From: Spirulina sp.
Lineage (GTDB): Bacteria; Cyanobacteriota; Cyanobacteriia; Phormidesmidales; Phormidesmidaceae
Length of the DNA stretch: 64,000 bases
Direction of reading: 5' to 3'
NCBI GenBank assembly: GCA_044070495.1
Contig: JBIPSI010000003.1
Location: 160,001 to 224,000, forward strand
Shown: piece by piece, positions 42,655 through 52,836 of the stretch
Position numbering within the stretch: the stretch's first letter is position 1
Layout of the letters: the number at the start of each line of letters is the position of its first letter
Made by a program: the position numbers and the translations under genes
The notes under the pieces: model-generated
What the model was told of the DNA's origin: nothing
What the model saw: the letters and a program-made list of their open reading frames with translations, nothing else
The model's database searches: none

Positions 42655-42780
42655 GTAGGTTGAGTTCTGTTTCACCGCATCTAACATCCGCCAAGGATTT
42701 CGGGTTTGTTAGGTTCTGCTATCGTGCCACCCAACCTAAGAGAGCGCAAGGCTTTTCGATGTTGTGTCAGTCAGCCAGCT
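42655..42780. repeat. Second copy of the 7597-7752 element family
   Basis: GTAGGTTG...GCCACCCAACCTA...GTTGTGTCAGTCAGCCAG. Confidence 0.75.
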
Positions 42781-42832
42781 TGGCATTTATGATGCCTCAA
42801 AATCTTGGGTCTGTCTTACTCTAGCAAGCCCC

Positions 42833-45800
42833 CTAGGGTGAGATCGGCAGCGACGGGGGCGATGATGACGGTATGGCCCGCGCTTTGGCCGAGATCCGGT
42901 TTCGGACGACGGCTTTGCGAATTTCTTCTAGCCCCAGCACGATGGGGGGGCAGATTAGCAGCATGACCCACTGGCCGAGGCTGAGCGGTGCGGTTGAAAA
43001 AATAGCCTGGAGGGGGGGCAGTTTGATAATGGCGATAATCAAGATCCACTCGGTGGCGATGCCCAGCCAAATGAGCGGGTTAGAAAACCAGCCCAGCCGC
43101 CAGATCGATACGCGCTCGGAGCGACAGGCAAACACGTTACCGTCTTGGCTAGCGACAATGGCAGCGAGGGTCATGGTGGTGGCTTGAATATAAATGGCCA
43201 GCACCGGAGCCGTGGCGGAATGGGTGAGCAAATCTGGGGTGACGGCCTGAATCTCGGTGAGGCCATAGCCATAGCTGTGCCACACCCAGAAAAAGGCGGC
43301 CATACCCAGCACCGCTTCGATCACCCCCAGCCAGCAGTAGGCCCGCAGCAGCAGGGCGCGATCCATGAGGGGATGGCTTTTGTGGCGAGGGGGGCGCAGC
43401 ATGGTTCCGGCTTCGGCGGTTTCGGCCCCTAGGGCGAGGGCAGGCACCATATCGGTACCCAGGTCGATGGCCAAAATCTGCATAATCACCAGGGCTGGAG
43501 GAATTTTCAGCAGCACCATCAGCAAAAAGGGCATCAACTCGGCCACGTTGGAGGACAGGATGTAGGTGATGAATTTGCGGATGTTTTGGTAGACGGTGCG
43601 CCCTTCCTCGATGGCCCCGACGATGGTGGCAAAGTTGTCGTCTGTGAGGACGATATCAGCGGCTTCGCGGGCCACATCGGTGCCATTCAGGCCCATGGCG
43701 ATGCCAATGTGGGCCGACCGTAGGGCGGGGGCATCGTTGACGCCATCCCCCGTCACTGCCACCACGGCTCCGGTGGCCTTGTAGGCTTCTACCAGGCGCA
43801 GTTTGTGTTCGGGGGCCATGCGGGCAAACACCAGACGAGATCGGTACTTCACCATCTGTTGAAGCTGGGCATCGGAAAGGTGGCCGAGGGTGTCGCCCGT
43901 GATTACCCGTACGGGTTCGTGGGTGGCAGGGTTGGTTTCCACAAGGCCGATTCGCTGGGCAATGGCCTCCGCCGTTAGGCCATAGTCGCCTGTGACCATG
44001 GTGACGCGAATGCCCGCCTGGTGGCACTGGGCAATGGCCTGGGGTACTTCTGGGCGGGGTGGGTCGAACATGGCAACCAGCCCCACGAAGATTAGCCCCT
44101 GTTCCAAATCCTGGGCCTTCATATCCTTGAGGTCGGCGCTGCCGGGACGGATGGCCAGCCCCAACACCCGAAACCCCTGGCGGGCAAAGTGGTCATTGGC
44201 GGCGACCACCTGCTCCCAATCGGCGTGGGTGAGGGGGACGACGGTGCCATCCCGCAAAATGCTTTGGCAGTGGCGAACCACCTCTAGGGGGGCACCCTTA
44301 GTAATGGCCACCAAATCAGCCGTTTGAGGATTGGTTTGGGATAGGGTGGGTGGCCAGAGGTCTTCGTGGCCATCGAGCACCACCGTCATCATTCGCCGCC
44401 GCGAATCGAAGGGAATCTCCCGCTGGCGGGGGTAGCGCTGCTGCAACACCTCCACATTCAGCCCCGCCTTGGCCGCCGCCACAATCAGGGCCGCTTCGGT
44501 GGGGTCGCCCATTTCCTGCCAGCGGCTAGGGGCTGTGAGGTGGGTGAGCCGCGCATTAGAACAGAGGGCCGCTCCGGTTAGCAGCAGGTTTACTTTCCAG
44601 GTGAGGGGAGAATCTTGGGGCAAATGCACCTGGCCCACGGTGGGATCGTAGCCTGCCCCGGTGATGCGGATTTGACCGGGCAGCAGTTCCATGTCATCGT
44701 CCTTGAGATGACCGTTGGGGGTCGTTGCCATCAGGGCCGCCTGGGATAGGGCTGCGTTCTGGGACTTATTCAGCGAGGACTCCTTCGGTAAGGATTCGCT
44801 AAGCGGGGCGTCCTTAGGCGAGGACTCATTTGGCGGGGACTCATTTGGCGGGGACTCATTCGGCAAGAATTCGTTGACTGGAGAGTCCTTGACTGGAAAG
44901 TCCTCCGGCAGCGGCGGCAACCACAGATGGCGCACGGTCATTTCGTTTTTGGTTAGGGTGCCGGTTTTGTCGGTGCAGATCACGTTCACAGCGCTCAGGG
45001 TTTCCACCGCCGACAGCCGCCGCACCAGGGCATTGCGTCGCACCATGCGCTGCACCCCCATGGCTAGGGAAAGGGTGACGGTGGGCAGCAGCCCCTCAGG
45101 TACCAGGGCCACAATGATGCCAATGGCGAAGATAAAGCTTTCTTTGATCTCCATGCCCACCAGCAGCGAGGTGAGGGCAAAAATCAGCACCCCCATGGAC
45201 AGGGCTATGGCGGTAATCACCCGCACGATGTGGTTGACCTGCACCTCTAGGGTGCTGGGTTCACGCACCACCTCGGTAGTAATCCGGGCCACTTGGCCAA
45301 ACTCGGTATGGGTGCCCGTTGCATAGACCACTGCCAAGCCCCGCCCAGAGGACACCGTCGCCCCCGCCAGCACCAAGTTGCTGATTTCCGCTGGGTTGGC
45401 CTTTTCAACCTGGGGCTGTTCGCCGGGGCGCTCTAGGGGTTGGCCACCACGCACGGGCAGGGCCACCCGTTGCCTCACGGGGTAGGCATTACGGGCCACG
45501 GGCAAGGATTCTCCCGTCAGCACCGAAATATCCAAATACAGGCTTTCCGCCGTCACCAGACGGGCATCGGCGGGGATGCGATCCCCCTCCTCGATCTGGA
45601 TCGCATCCCCTCGCACCAGTTCCCGCGCCGGAATTTGCACCAGATTCCCACCGCGATAGACCCGCACCAAGTTAGGCAACACATTTTTGAGGGCCGACAA
45701 CGCCCGTTCCGCCCGAAATTCTTGCCAAAAGCTGAACACCGCATTAATTAAAATCACCGCCCAAATGGCCCAGCCCAGGGCCGCCGTGTGGGAAATAAAG

Positions 45801-46024
45801 GCTAAGGTGCCCGCCACCCACAGCAGGATCGCCATAAAGTGGGTGAGTTGATCGGTAAACCGCAGCCAGAGCGGACGATGGGCGGGGGCTGGCAGTTCGT
45901 TGGGGCCAAAGCGAGCCAGCCGTTGCTGGGCCTCGTTCTCGTCTAACCCCTGGGGGGAAGACCCTAGGTGGTCGTAAACCGCTTCTGCTGGAAGCGTCCA
46001 GATCGGACGATGGGTCGGTGTCAT
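42833..46024 (-). CDS. Cation-transporting P-type ATPase, type II (IIC-like motifs)
   Basis: TGES, PEGL, DKTGT, KGAP, DPPR, GDGVND and IDLGTD motifs; TTG at 46030 is an alternative start. Confidence 0.95.
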   Translation of the reverse strand: MTPTHRPIWTLPAEAVYDHLGSSPQGLDENEAQQRLARFGPNELPAPAHRPLWLRFTDQLTHFMAILLWVAGTLAFISHTAALGWAIWAVILINAVFSFWQEFRAERALSALKNVLPNLVRVYRGGNLVQIPARELVRGDAIQIEEGDRIPADARLVTAESLYLDISVLTGESLPVARNAYPVRQRVALPVRGGQPLERPGEQPQVEKANPAEISNLVLAGATVSSGRGLAVVYATGTHTEFGQVARITTEVVREPSTLEVQVNHIVRVITAIALSMGVLIFALTSLLVGMEIKESFIFAIGIIVALVPEGLLPTVTLSLAMGVQRMVRRNALVRRLSAVETLSAVNVICTDKTGTLTKNEMTVRHLWLPPLPEDFPVKDSPVNEFLPNESPPNESPPNESSPKDAPLSESLPKESSLNKSQNAALSQAALMATTPNGHLKDDDMELLPGQIRITGAGYDPTVGQVHLPQDSPLTWKVNLLLTGAALCSNARLTHLTAPSRWQEMGDPTEAALIVAAAKAGLNVEVLQQRYPRQREIPFDSRRRMMTVVLDGHEDLWPPTLSQTNPQTADLVAITKGAPLEVVRHCQSILRDGTVVPLTHADWEQVVAANDHFARQGFRVLGLAIRPGSADLKDMKAQDLEQGLIFVGLVAMFDPPRPEVPQAIAQCHQAGIRVTMVTGDYGLTAEAIAQRIGLVETNPATHEPVRVITGDTLGHLSDAQLQQMVKYRSRLVFARMAPEHKLRLVEAYKATGAVVAVTGDGVNDAPALRSAHIGIAMGLNGTDVAREAADIVLTDDNFATIVGAIEEGRTVYQNIRKFITYILSSNVAELMPFLLMVLLKIPPALVIMQILAIDLGTDMVPALALGAETAEAGTMLRPPRHKSHPLMDRALLLRAYCWLGVIEAVLGMAAFFWVWHSYGYGLTEIQAVTPDLLTHSATAPVLAIYIQATTMTLAAIVASQDGNVFACRSERVSIWRLGWFSNPLIWLGIATEWILIIAIIKLPPLQAIFSTAPLSLGQWVMLLICPPIVLGLEEIRKAVVRNRISAKARAIPSSSPPSLPISP

Positions 46025-46356
46025 AGCCAAGCCTTCGCGCAGGATGAAGCGAAACCGTTGAATGAGCTAGGCTGAAGGTCTAGGGGGAAAGGATAGGCCG
46101 GAGCTAGGCCGTGAGGGGTCGAGGGATATCCGGATGATTACAATTCTTGCAAACGCAACGGGGTCGTGGGCTGGTCTGCAACCTATCGTTATCTTGGTAG
46201 GGTAGGGGCTTAGCATCTCAGCGCCTTGGGGGATCAGCCTCCTGGAACCCGTGAAGTTCTGTGGTTCCCGTTGGCTGCCAAGGCTTGGTGGGTGACAATC
46301 TCTACGGCAAAATCAGGATAGTCACAATCCGTTCGCCACCTATTGTCGGTACTTCT

Positions 46357-46632
46357 ATGCTTGATCAATCGACCCAATTTCTTACCGAATCCGAATCCGC
46401 TAAGGTGGATGCCGCGCTGCTGTCTTCGCCAGAAAAGTTTCTGGCTCGGCTCACCATTTCCACCGCCAAACTGTTGGGGATTATCTCCGCCGATTTAGGG
46501 ATTCCCCTGGCGTCCCTCTCCGCCACCCACATCATTCAATGGTTTGAAGACGACGCCAAACGCAAGCGCGAACAGGGCATGGATGCCGCTGTCCTCAAAT
46601 GGGATTCTGAGGATTTAGACACTGCCCCATAA
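46357..46632 (+). CDS. Small hypothetical protein
   Basis: FL...ESA.VDAALLS..EKFL.RLTIS...I.WFE...K....G...LKW pattern, which I recall from cyanobacterial hypotheticals; start inferred. Confidence 0.7.
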   Translation: MLDQSTQFLTESESAKVDAALLSSPEKFLARLTISTAKLLGIISADLGIPLASLSATHIIQWFEDDAKRKREQGMDAAVLKWDSEDLDTAP

Positions 46633-46755
46633 CCCTACTCCCTGCACCCTAAGGAGTAGACTTCGAGAGCCTAGACGCGTGACGAACCTTTCGTCGCCAT
46701 GATTGCCCTCAGCGTTTCAACGGGGCCTGGGTTTCGTTTTTCCATGGCCCGTGGG

Positions 46756-48036
46756 CTACTTCAAACCCTTGACTCGATAGCCAATGTCGCGGCGGCAATA
46801 CATTCCGTCGAAGTGGATTTTGTCTACGGCGGCGTAGGCGTTGGCGATGGCGGCCTCAAAGGTGTCGCCTAGGCCCGTGACTCCAAGGACGCGACCCCCG
46901 TTAGCCACGGTAATGCCGCCCTTAGCTTGGGTACCGGCATGGAACACCAAGGCTCCGGTGTCGGCGGCTTCGGTGAGGCCAGAAATTTCCATGCCCTTGG
47001 GGTAGGCGTCGGGGTAGCCCTCGGCGGCTAGCACCACACAGGCGGCGGCACCGGGCTTCCATTCCAGGGGCGGCAGAGACTCTAAACGACCCTCAACGCA
47101 GGCCAGAATCACCTGATCCAACGGCGTTTCTAGCAGGGGCAGCACCGCCTGGGTTTCGGGATCGCCAAAGCGGCAGTTAAATTCCACGACTTTCGGATCG
47201 CCCTGGGGGGTAATCATCAGCCCCGCGTAGAGCACGCCGCGATAGTCGATGCCGCGACGGCGCAGGGTGGCCATGGCGGGTTCTAGCACCTCGGTTTGAA
47301 TGCGCTCCATCAGGGCCGGAGTAACGACAGGGGTGGGGGCATAGGCTCCCATGCCGCCGGTGTTGGGGCCGGTGTCGCCTTCGCCAATGGCTTTGTGATC
47401 CTGGGCGGGCACCAGGGGCCGAATGGTTTGGCCGTCGGTGACCGCCAGCACCGAGGCTTCCTGGCCGGTCATAAATTCTTCGATCACCACCTGGCTACCC
47501 GCCGCACCAAACTTGCCGCTGAAGATTTCAGTGACCGCTGCGCTGGCTTCCTCTAGGGTTTGGGCCACAATCACACCCTTACCTGCCGCCAAGCCATCGG
47601 CTTTAACCACAATGGGAGCCGCTTGGGTCTTCAGGTAGGCCAGGGCGGTTGCTTCCTCTTCAAACACCTGGGCCTGGGCGGTGGGAATGCCCGCCTCCAC
47701 CATCAGGGCCTTGGCCCAAGCCTTGCTGGCCTCAATCTGCGCCCCCGCTTTAGATGGGCCAAATACCTTCAGCCCTTGGGCCTGGAGGAAATCCGTAATA
47801 CCGAGGGCGAGGGGTTGTTCTGGCCCCACCACCACCAGTTCTAGGTTGTTGACCAGGGCAAAGCGGGCAATGCCTTCAAAGTCTTCGGGGTTGAGGGCCA
47901 GGTTGCGGCAGTGGGGCAGGGTTGCGGTGCCACCATTACCAGGGATGCAAACCACCTCTGTAATCTTGGCAGACTGAAGCAGCATCCAGGCTAGGGTATG
48001 TTCTCGGCCACCACTACCGATCACTAAAGCTTTCAC
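46756..48036 (-). CDS. purD: Phosphoribosylamine-glycine ligase
   Basis: GSGGREH, KADGLAAGKGV, GPNTGGMG and RFGDPE motifs; GTG start after GGAGG. Confidence 0.97.
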   Translation of the reverse strand: MKALVIGSGGREHTLAWMLLQSAKITEVVCIPGNGGTATLPHCRNLALNPEDFEGIARFALVNNLELVVVGPEQPLALGITDFLQAQGLKVFGPSKAGAQIEASKAWAKALMVEAGIPTAQAQVFEEEATALAYLKTQAAPIVVKADGLAAGKGVIVAQTLEEASAAVTEIFSGKFGAAGSQVVIEEFMTGQEASVLAVTDGQTIRPLVPAQDHKAIGEGDTGPNTGGMGAYAPTPVVTPALMERIQTEVLEPAMATLRRRGIDYRGVLYAGLMITPQGDPKVVEFNCRFGDPETQAVLPLLETPLDQVILACVEGRLESLPPLEWKPGAAACVVLAAEGYPDAYPKGMEISGLTEAADTGALVFHAGTQAKGGITVANGGRVLGVTGLGDTFEAAIANAYAAVDKIHFDGMYCRRDIGYRVKGLK

Positions 48037-48399
48037 AGACAACCTCCCCTATATACGTTCATTCTTGGCTGACGCCAATCCGCTGAATGTCCAAACTAGA
48101 CCCATGCTCTCCGAAGGGCTTGGGGGTTTGGTCATCAGCCGCCAGCGGCCCAGGCTTGGGTGCACCCCCGATCAATGACCGTTGCGCTCCCCATTGTCCC
48201 ATGTTCCTTGCGGAATCGACATCACCTTTCAATCCACGATCTAGCGGCGGCAGACGCCCCATGGAACCACTGCTTTCCCCTCTTTTTAGGCCCAGGGGAT
48301 GGTCAATATATGGCAGGATAGGCGGGGCTGTGGGAGGTCGTAGGTCTCGGCCCATGGCTCCTAGGCGGTGGGTAATCATTGAACATAGGGCAACGTGCG

Positions 48400-49542
48400 A
48401 TGTACGACTGTATTGTGGTTGGGGCTGGCCCAGCGGGGGCCTCTACGGCCTATCACTTGGCCCAGCGGGGGCACTCAGTTTTAGTGCTAGATAAGGAGGC
48501 CTTACCGCGCTACAAGCCTTGTAGTGGGGCCGTTTCGCCCAGCGTGGCCCAGTATTTTGAGTTTGACTTTGCCCCCGCCATCGACAGCCAGCGGCGACGG
48601 GTGCGCTACACCTACCAACTGGATGACCCCATTGACGCGGAACTGACCACCACGGAACCGATTTGGATGGTGCGGCGGGAGGTGTTTGACCAGTTCCTCG
48701 TGCAGCAGGCCCAGGCCCAGGGGGCCGAGGTGCGGGATAGCACTCCGGTGACGGGAATTGCCCTAGTGGGCGACCACTGGCGGGTTTCGACCCCCCAGGG
48801 AGACCTGGCAGCGTCCTACCTCGTAGCGGCGGATGGTGCCCAGGGGCCAATGGCGGGATGGCTGGGATTTCCGGCCCTGCCCCTGCGATCTGCCACAGTC
48901 CTGGAGGTACCCACGGTGGAGCCTGTGCCGGACACCTTCCCCATCAGCTTTGAGTTTGGCCTGGTGAAGCAGGGCTGTCTGTGGAACTTCCCCAAACGTC
49001 AGGGCTATTCCATCGGGGCGGCCAACTTCCTCGGCAAAATGACGCCGGAAAAGGCTACCCTCGCCTACCAAACCGCCCTAGCCCGCTATTGCCAAACCAT
49101 CGGCGTTGACCCAGCCCAGGCCCAGGCCCATCACCATGCCCTCAAACTATGGGATGGTCACCATCCCTTGCATACCGAGCGGGCGGTGCTGGTGGGGGAG
49201 GCGGCGGCCATTGTGGATCCCCTCAGTTCCGAGGGCATTCGTCCCGGCATGATTAGCGGCGTGAAGGCGGCGGCGGCCATCCATGCAGCCCTAGCGGGGG
49301 AGTCCGATGCTCTGGCAGGCTACACCACAGAAATGCAAACCTCCTGGGGGGCCGATATGCAGTGGGCCAAGCGGATTTCGGGCTTATTTTTCCGGGTGCC
49401 GGGAATTGGCTATCGAGTGGGCATTAAGCGCCCCACCGCCACCCAGCGCCTAGGCCAAATTTTGGCGGGCGAAGTGCAGTATGCCGACATCGCCAACCGA
49501 GTGATGAAGCGCCTCAGCGGGGGGCTAATTCCTGGGCTGTAG
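48400..49542 (+). CDS. Geranylgeranyl-reductase-family FAD oxidoreductase
   Basis: VGAGPAG, PRYKPC, R..FD..L, AADG and GEAA...DP..EGI motifs. Confidence 0.88.
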   Translation: MYDCIVVGAGPAGASTAYHLAQRGHSVLVLDKEALPRYKPCSGAVSPSVAQYFEFDFAPAIDSQRRRVRYTYQLDDPIDAELTTTEPIWMVRREVFDQFLVQQAQAQGAEVRDSTPVTGIALVGDHWRVSTPQGDLAASYLVAADGAQGPMAGWLGFPALPLRSATVLEVPTVEPVPDTFPISFEFGLVKQGCLWNFPKRQGYSIGAANFLGKMTPEKATLAYQTALARYCQTIGVDPAQAQAHHHALKLWDGHHPLHTERAVLVGEAAAIVDPLSSEGIRPGMISGVKAAAAIHAALAGESDALAGYTTEMQTSWGADMQWAKRISGLFFRVPGIGYRVGIKRPTATQRLGQILAGEVQYADIANRVMKRLSGGLIPGL

Positions 49543-49551
49543 CCTCTGGTG

Positions 49552-49689
49552 CTAGGGCGTGTCATCAATCGGATGAAATTAACGATTCCTCGACACTCTG
49601 GTTGCCCAGGCAAGGGGCTTAAGTCCCTTGTTCCACTAGGATGGTGACAGCAAAATGCGGGCTTGAGCTTATTGGATGACAAGCCTTAG
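49552..49689. mobile_element. Degenerate MITE-like element
   Basis: Imperfect IR CTAGGGCGTGTCATC ... GATGACAAGCCTTAG; the internal hairpin GCAAGGGGCTTAAGTCCCTTG has an inverted relative near 42032. Confidence 0.45.
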
Positions 49690-49742
49690 GGATTTGGTGA
49701 ATTGCTTCGCGTTGACGCAGTCACACCTTGGCGTGATGCACC

Positions 49743-51620
49743 CTAGGAGTCGGGGCTGCCGTTGGATTCTGGGGTTGGGGGCTGATCCCCTGGGGGCACG
49801 ACGGGAATTTCGATGGAGTCTTCTGGGGTGGTGGGTTCGGGGATGGAGCGAGTGAACCACCAACTGGCAACGGCGGTGATCAGAACCGCCCCGGAGAGCA
49901 GCAGCACCCAAAGGGGAACGGCCCTGGGCTTGGTCGGCAAGGGTGCGCTGACATCCTCGTCCTGGGTTTCGCCGTAGAGGGTGGCTCCGGCGGTGCGGCG
50001 GGGAGTTTCGGTGGGCGTTGGGGCATCCTCAGAGGCTTCGACGGGGGCGGCAATGCGGTGCTGAATCAGGACAACCGCCGTGTTGTCGTGGCCATTTTTT
50101 TGGTTGGCCAGCTCGATCCAAGAGGCCACCGCCGACTCTAGGGTCACGATGTCTTTTACAATCAGGCCGATGTAGTTGGCCCAGGCCTCCTCAATGCGGT
50201 AGTGGTCGCTGAGGCCATCGGAGCACAGCAGCAAAATCCCCGTTTCATCCAGCAAAAAACGCCGGATATGGGGCTGAAAATAGTCGCCGCTGCGGGTGCC
50301 TAGGGCCTGGGTCAGGGCTCCGGCGTCGCTGCGTTCTAGGGCCAGGGAGAGGGTTTGTCGTCCTGCGGTCACCTCCCGTCCGGCGATGTCGTCATCCACG
50401 GTGAGCTGATGGCAATAGTCGGGGGTGATCCAGTAGGCGCGGCTGTCGCCAACGTGGGCCAGGTAGACCTCAGTAACCCGCTGGGATCCGGCCTCGGTGG
50501 TTACCCGCTGGGGGACAAGGACGGCCATCACCAGGGTGGTGCCCATGCGCTGCCGCCCTACCCGACTTTGGTTGTCGTTTTGAAAACAAATCAGGTCATT
50601 AACAATCCGCAGCACCGCCTCGATTTGCTGAATCACCACCTGGGGCGGAAGAATTTGGGTTTCCTTCTCCGTTTCCGCCAGCAGGGTTTGCAGTTGCAGT
50701 TTGAGGGACTGAATCGCCAACTGACTGGCCACCTCGCCGCCCTCATGGCCACCCACCCCATCGCACACAATGCCCACCTGCAAGCCTTCCTGGGCATCGA
50801 GGGTGAGGCCATCGGGCCAACAGGCATCTTCGTTGCGGGGCTGGGTGGGGCCGAGGGCGGTGGCACCCGCGAGGGCAAAGCGTCCGGGCCGCAGGGCACT
50901 CTGTTCCAGCAGCATTTGATTGAGCCGCTGGTCTAGGGCATCGGCATCAAGCTGCCCTGTTTCTAGATCGGTGAGGAGTACGGCCAAGGGTTCCGAGATC
51001 GACAGGTGCAGGGGCGACAGCCAAGATCGCCATAGGGCCGCTAGATCATTCAAGCTAGGAACGGGATCATCACCATAGAGTTCCAGCAGCCGAATCCGCC
51101 ATCCCTCCACCCGAATGTTTTGGGGCTGAAGCAAGCTGCGCCGTAAACCGTAGCCCTCCAACCGCTGCCACAGTTCCCAGGCTTGCCAGATCCAATGCAT
51201 TTGGCGCAGGGGCTGGGCCTCAAACAGGGCCGTTTCGATATCCGGGAACAGAATCCCCGCCTGGGGATGAATCGGGGCATTTTCCAGCAGCAGCATCGGC
51301 TCCGACAAACCGGGCTGGAGCACCCCATAAAGACCGGGCACATGCAGGCGTAGAGGATGGGTTTGTAGGTAGGGCAGGGCTTGGCTGGGCAGACTATCGG
51401 GGGTGTCGGGCCGCTGGTCGGGCTGGGTATCGAGCCACAGACGCGGAGCCACCACTCGGTAGCGTTGCCCCACGAGTTCATCAATGGGCAGGTGTTCAAT
51501 ACCGTCGCCCACGACCCATAGGTAGGGCTGGTAGCGGGTAGAAAAGCGCTCAGCACGGTTCATAGTCTCAGGCCGATCTTGGGCAGGGGGCGTGGGCATT
51601 GGGAAAAGGGGCAAACCCAT
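49743..51620 (-). CDS. PP2C/PPM Ser/Thr phosphatase with C-terminal TM helix
   Basis: NED, VCDGVGGH, MGTT, HVGDSR, CSDGL and HDN motifs. Confidence 0.9.
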   Translation of the reverse strand: MGLPLFPMPTPPAQDRPETMNRAERFSTRYQPYLWVVGDGIEHLPIDELVGQRYRVVAPRLWLDTQPDQRPDTPDSLPSQALPYLQTHPLRLHVPGLYGVLQPGLSEPMLLLENAPIHPQAGILFPDIETALFEAQPLRQMHWIWQAWELWQRLEGYGLRRSLLQPQNIRVEGWRIRLLELYGDDPVPSLNDLAALWRSWLSPLHLSISEPLAVLLTDLETGQLDADALDQRLNQMLLEQSALRPGRFALAGATALGPTQPRNEDACWPDGLTLDAQEGLQVGIVCDGVGGHEGGEVASQLAIQSLKLQLQTLLAETEKETQILPPQVVIQQIEAVLRIVNDLICFQNDNQSRVGRQRMGTTLVMAVLVPQRVTTEAGSQRVTEVYLAHVGDSRAYWITPDYCHQLTVDDDIAGREVTAGRQTLSLALERSDAGALTQALGTRSGDYFQPHIRRFLLDETGILLLCSDGLSDHYRIEEAWANYIGLIVKDIVTLESAVASWIELANQKNGHDNTAVVLIQHRIAAPVEASEDAPTPTETPRRTAGATLYGETQDEDVSAPLPTKPRAVPLWVLLLSGAVLITAVASWWFTRSIPEPTTPEDSIEIPVVPPGDQPPTPESNGSPDS

Positions 51621-51780
51621 GGCCGCAAACTCCCGATACGAGGTCGCCGTTCGGGGGGCAAGGGTCGGACTAACCGGGCGCTATCCGTTACAAGAATGTT
51701 ATTAGCGCCCCCAAGTCCTGGCCTCTAAGGATAGATTAAACCTAGACAGATCGAACATTGCGGTAGGCAACCCGGTCACC

Positions 51781-52215
51781 ATGAACTATGCCTTGTTCTG
51801 GCTCATTTTAGGAACGGTGCTCTGCCTGATGGAGCTTTTCATTCCCACAGCCTTTGTGGAATCCACCCTGGGGGTGAGTGCCTTGGTGGTGGCGCTGGTG
51901 GCACTGGTGGTGCCCCTGTTCAGCGTCCAGGCGGCCCTGTGGATGGTGCTGTCGCTCATTTTCATCTTTTTCCTGAAGCGGTTTGTGCCCCAGCGCACGC
52001 CCCCCATTTTGCTGGATGCCACCGAAGCCCGCACCCTCACCGCCATTGCCCCTGGGGAAGCGGGGCGGGTGATCTACGAAGGCAATTCCTGGCAAGCCCG
52101 CTGCGACGATGAGGCCATTACCATTGGAGCCAACCAGGAGGTGGTCGTGGTGCGGCGCAAGGGCAACACCCTATACGTCATGCCCGAAGACGCCATCCAG
52201 AAATGGCAACCCTAG
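51781..52215 (+). CDS. NfeD-family protein (short form)
   Basis: Three TM helices followed by a GRVIYEG.SW.A OB-fold motif. Confidence 0.85.
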   Translation: MNYALFWLILGTVLCLMELFIPTAFVESTLGVSALVVALVALVVPLFSVQAALWMVLSLIFIFFLKRFVPQRTPPILLDATEARTLTAIAPGEAGRVIYEGNSWQARCDDEAITIGANQEVVVVRRKGNTLYVMPEDAIQKWQP

Positions 52216-52344
52216 CCCGCCCTAACCAATCATTAGCAAAGCGCATCAAAAATAGAAAAAACTTATATCTTTTACATAATGCTATTTGACTAAATTATCG
52301 CTAAGCTAGGGGCATGTTCAGCTACACCCTAGGAGCCGTCAACC

Positions 52345-52632
52345 ATGACCCTCACCACCGCCCTACAAAGCAAGACCATTGCCAACCCTGCCGCCCCCAC
52401 CTCTCCGGCCATTGATCGCCCCATCACCCTAGAGGCTCGGCTGCAAGTCGCCCTAGAACACGCCCGCCGCCTAACCGCCATGTATGGCACAGAGTCCCGT
52501 GAGGTCGCCATGGCCTGGGATACGGTGGAAGACCTGTGGACAGCCCAACGGCGGCAGAAAGCCCAAACCCCCTTTGAACGCTACTGCGAAACCTACCCCG
52601 ATGCCCCAGAAGCCCGCATTTACGAGGTTTAG
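52345..52632 (+). CDS. cp12: CP12-family protein, atypical cysteine-poor variant
   Basis: AWDTVEDL core and F..YC..YPDA.E.RIYE tail; only one Cys in the ORF. Confidence 0.82.
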   Translation: MTLTTALQSKTIANPAAPTSPAIDRPITLEARLQVALEHARRLTAMYGTESREVAMAWDTVEDLWTAQRRQKAQTPFERYCETYPDAPEARIYEV

Positions 52633-52677
52633 GTCGGTTTAGGATCGACCAGGGTTTAAGTTTCCTCATCCATAGGG

Positions 52678-52725
52678 TCGCCGCGCTGAAAGTCTTCGAG
52701 ACCGCCAGGGTGGCGATTTTCTTTG
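52678..52725 (+). terminator. Probable terminator after cp12
   Basis: TCGCC..CTG..GTC-TTCGA-GAC..CAG..GGCGA followed by TTTTCTTT. Confidence 0.5.
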
Positions 52726-52836
52726 TCCTTAAGAATTTCTATGCCCTTAAGAAGCGCCCCCAATGCAAACCTTGCAACCGGGCAGAAACGCTAAAATTCA
52801 ACACAATTCAACCCGCGCTCAGCATGAGGGAAAGCC

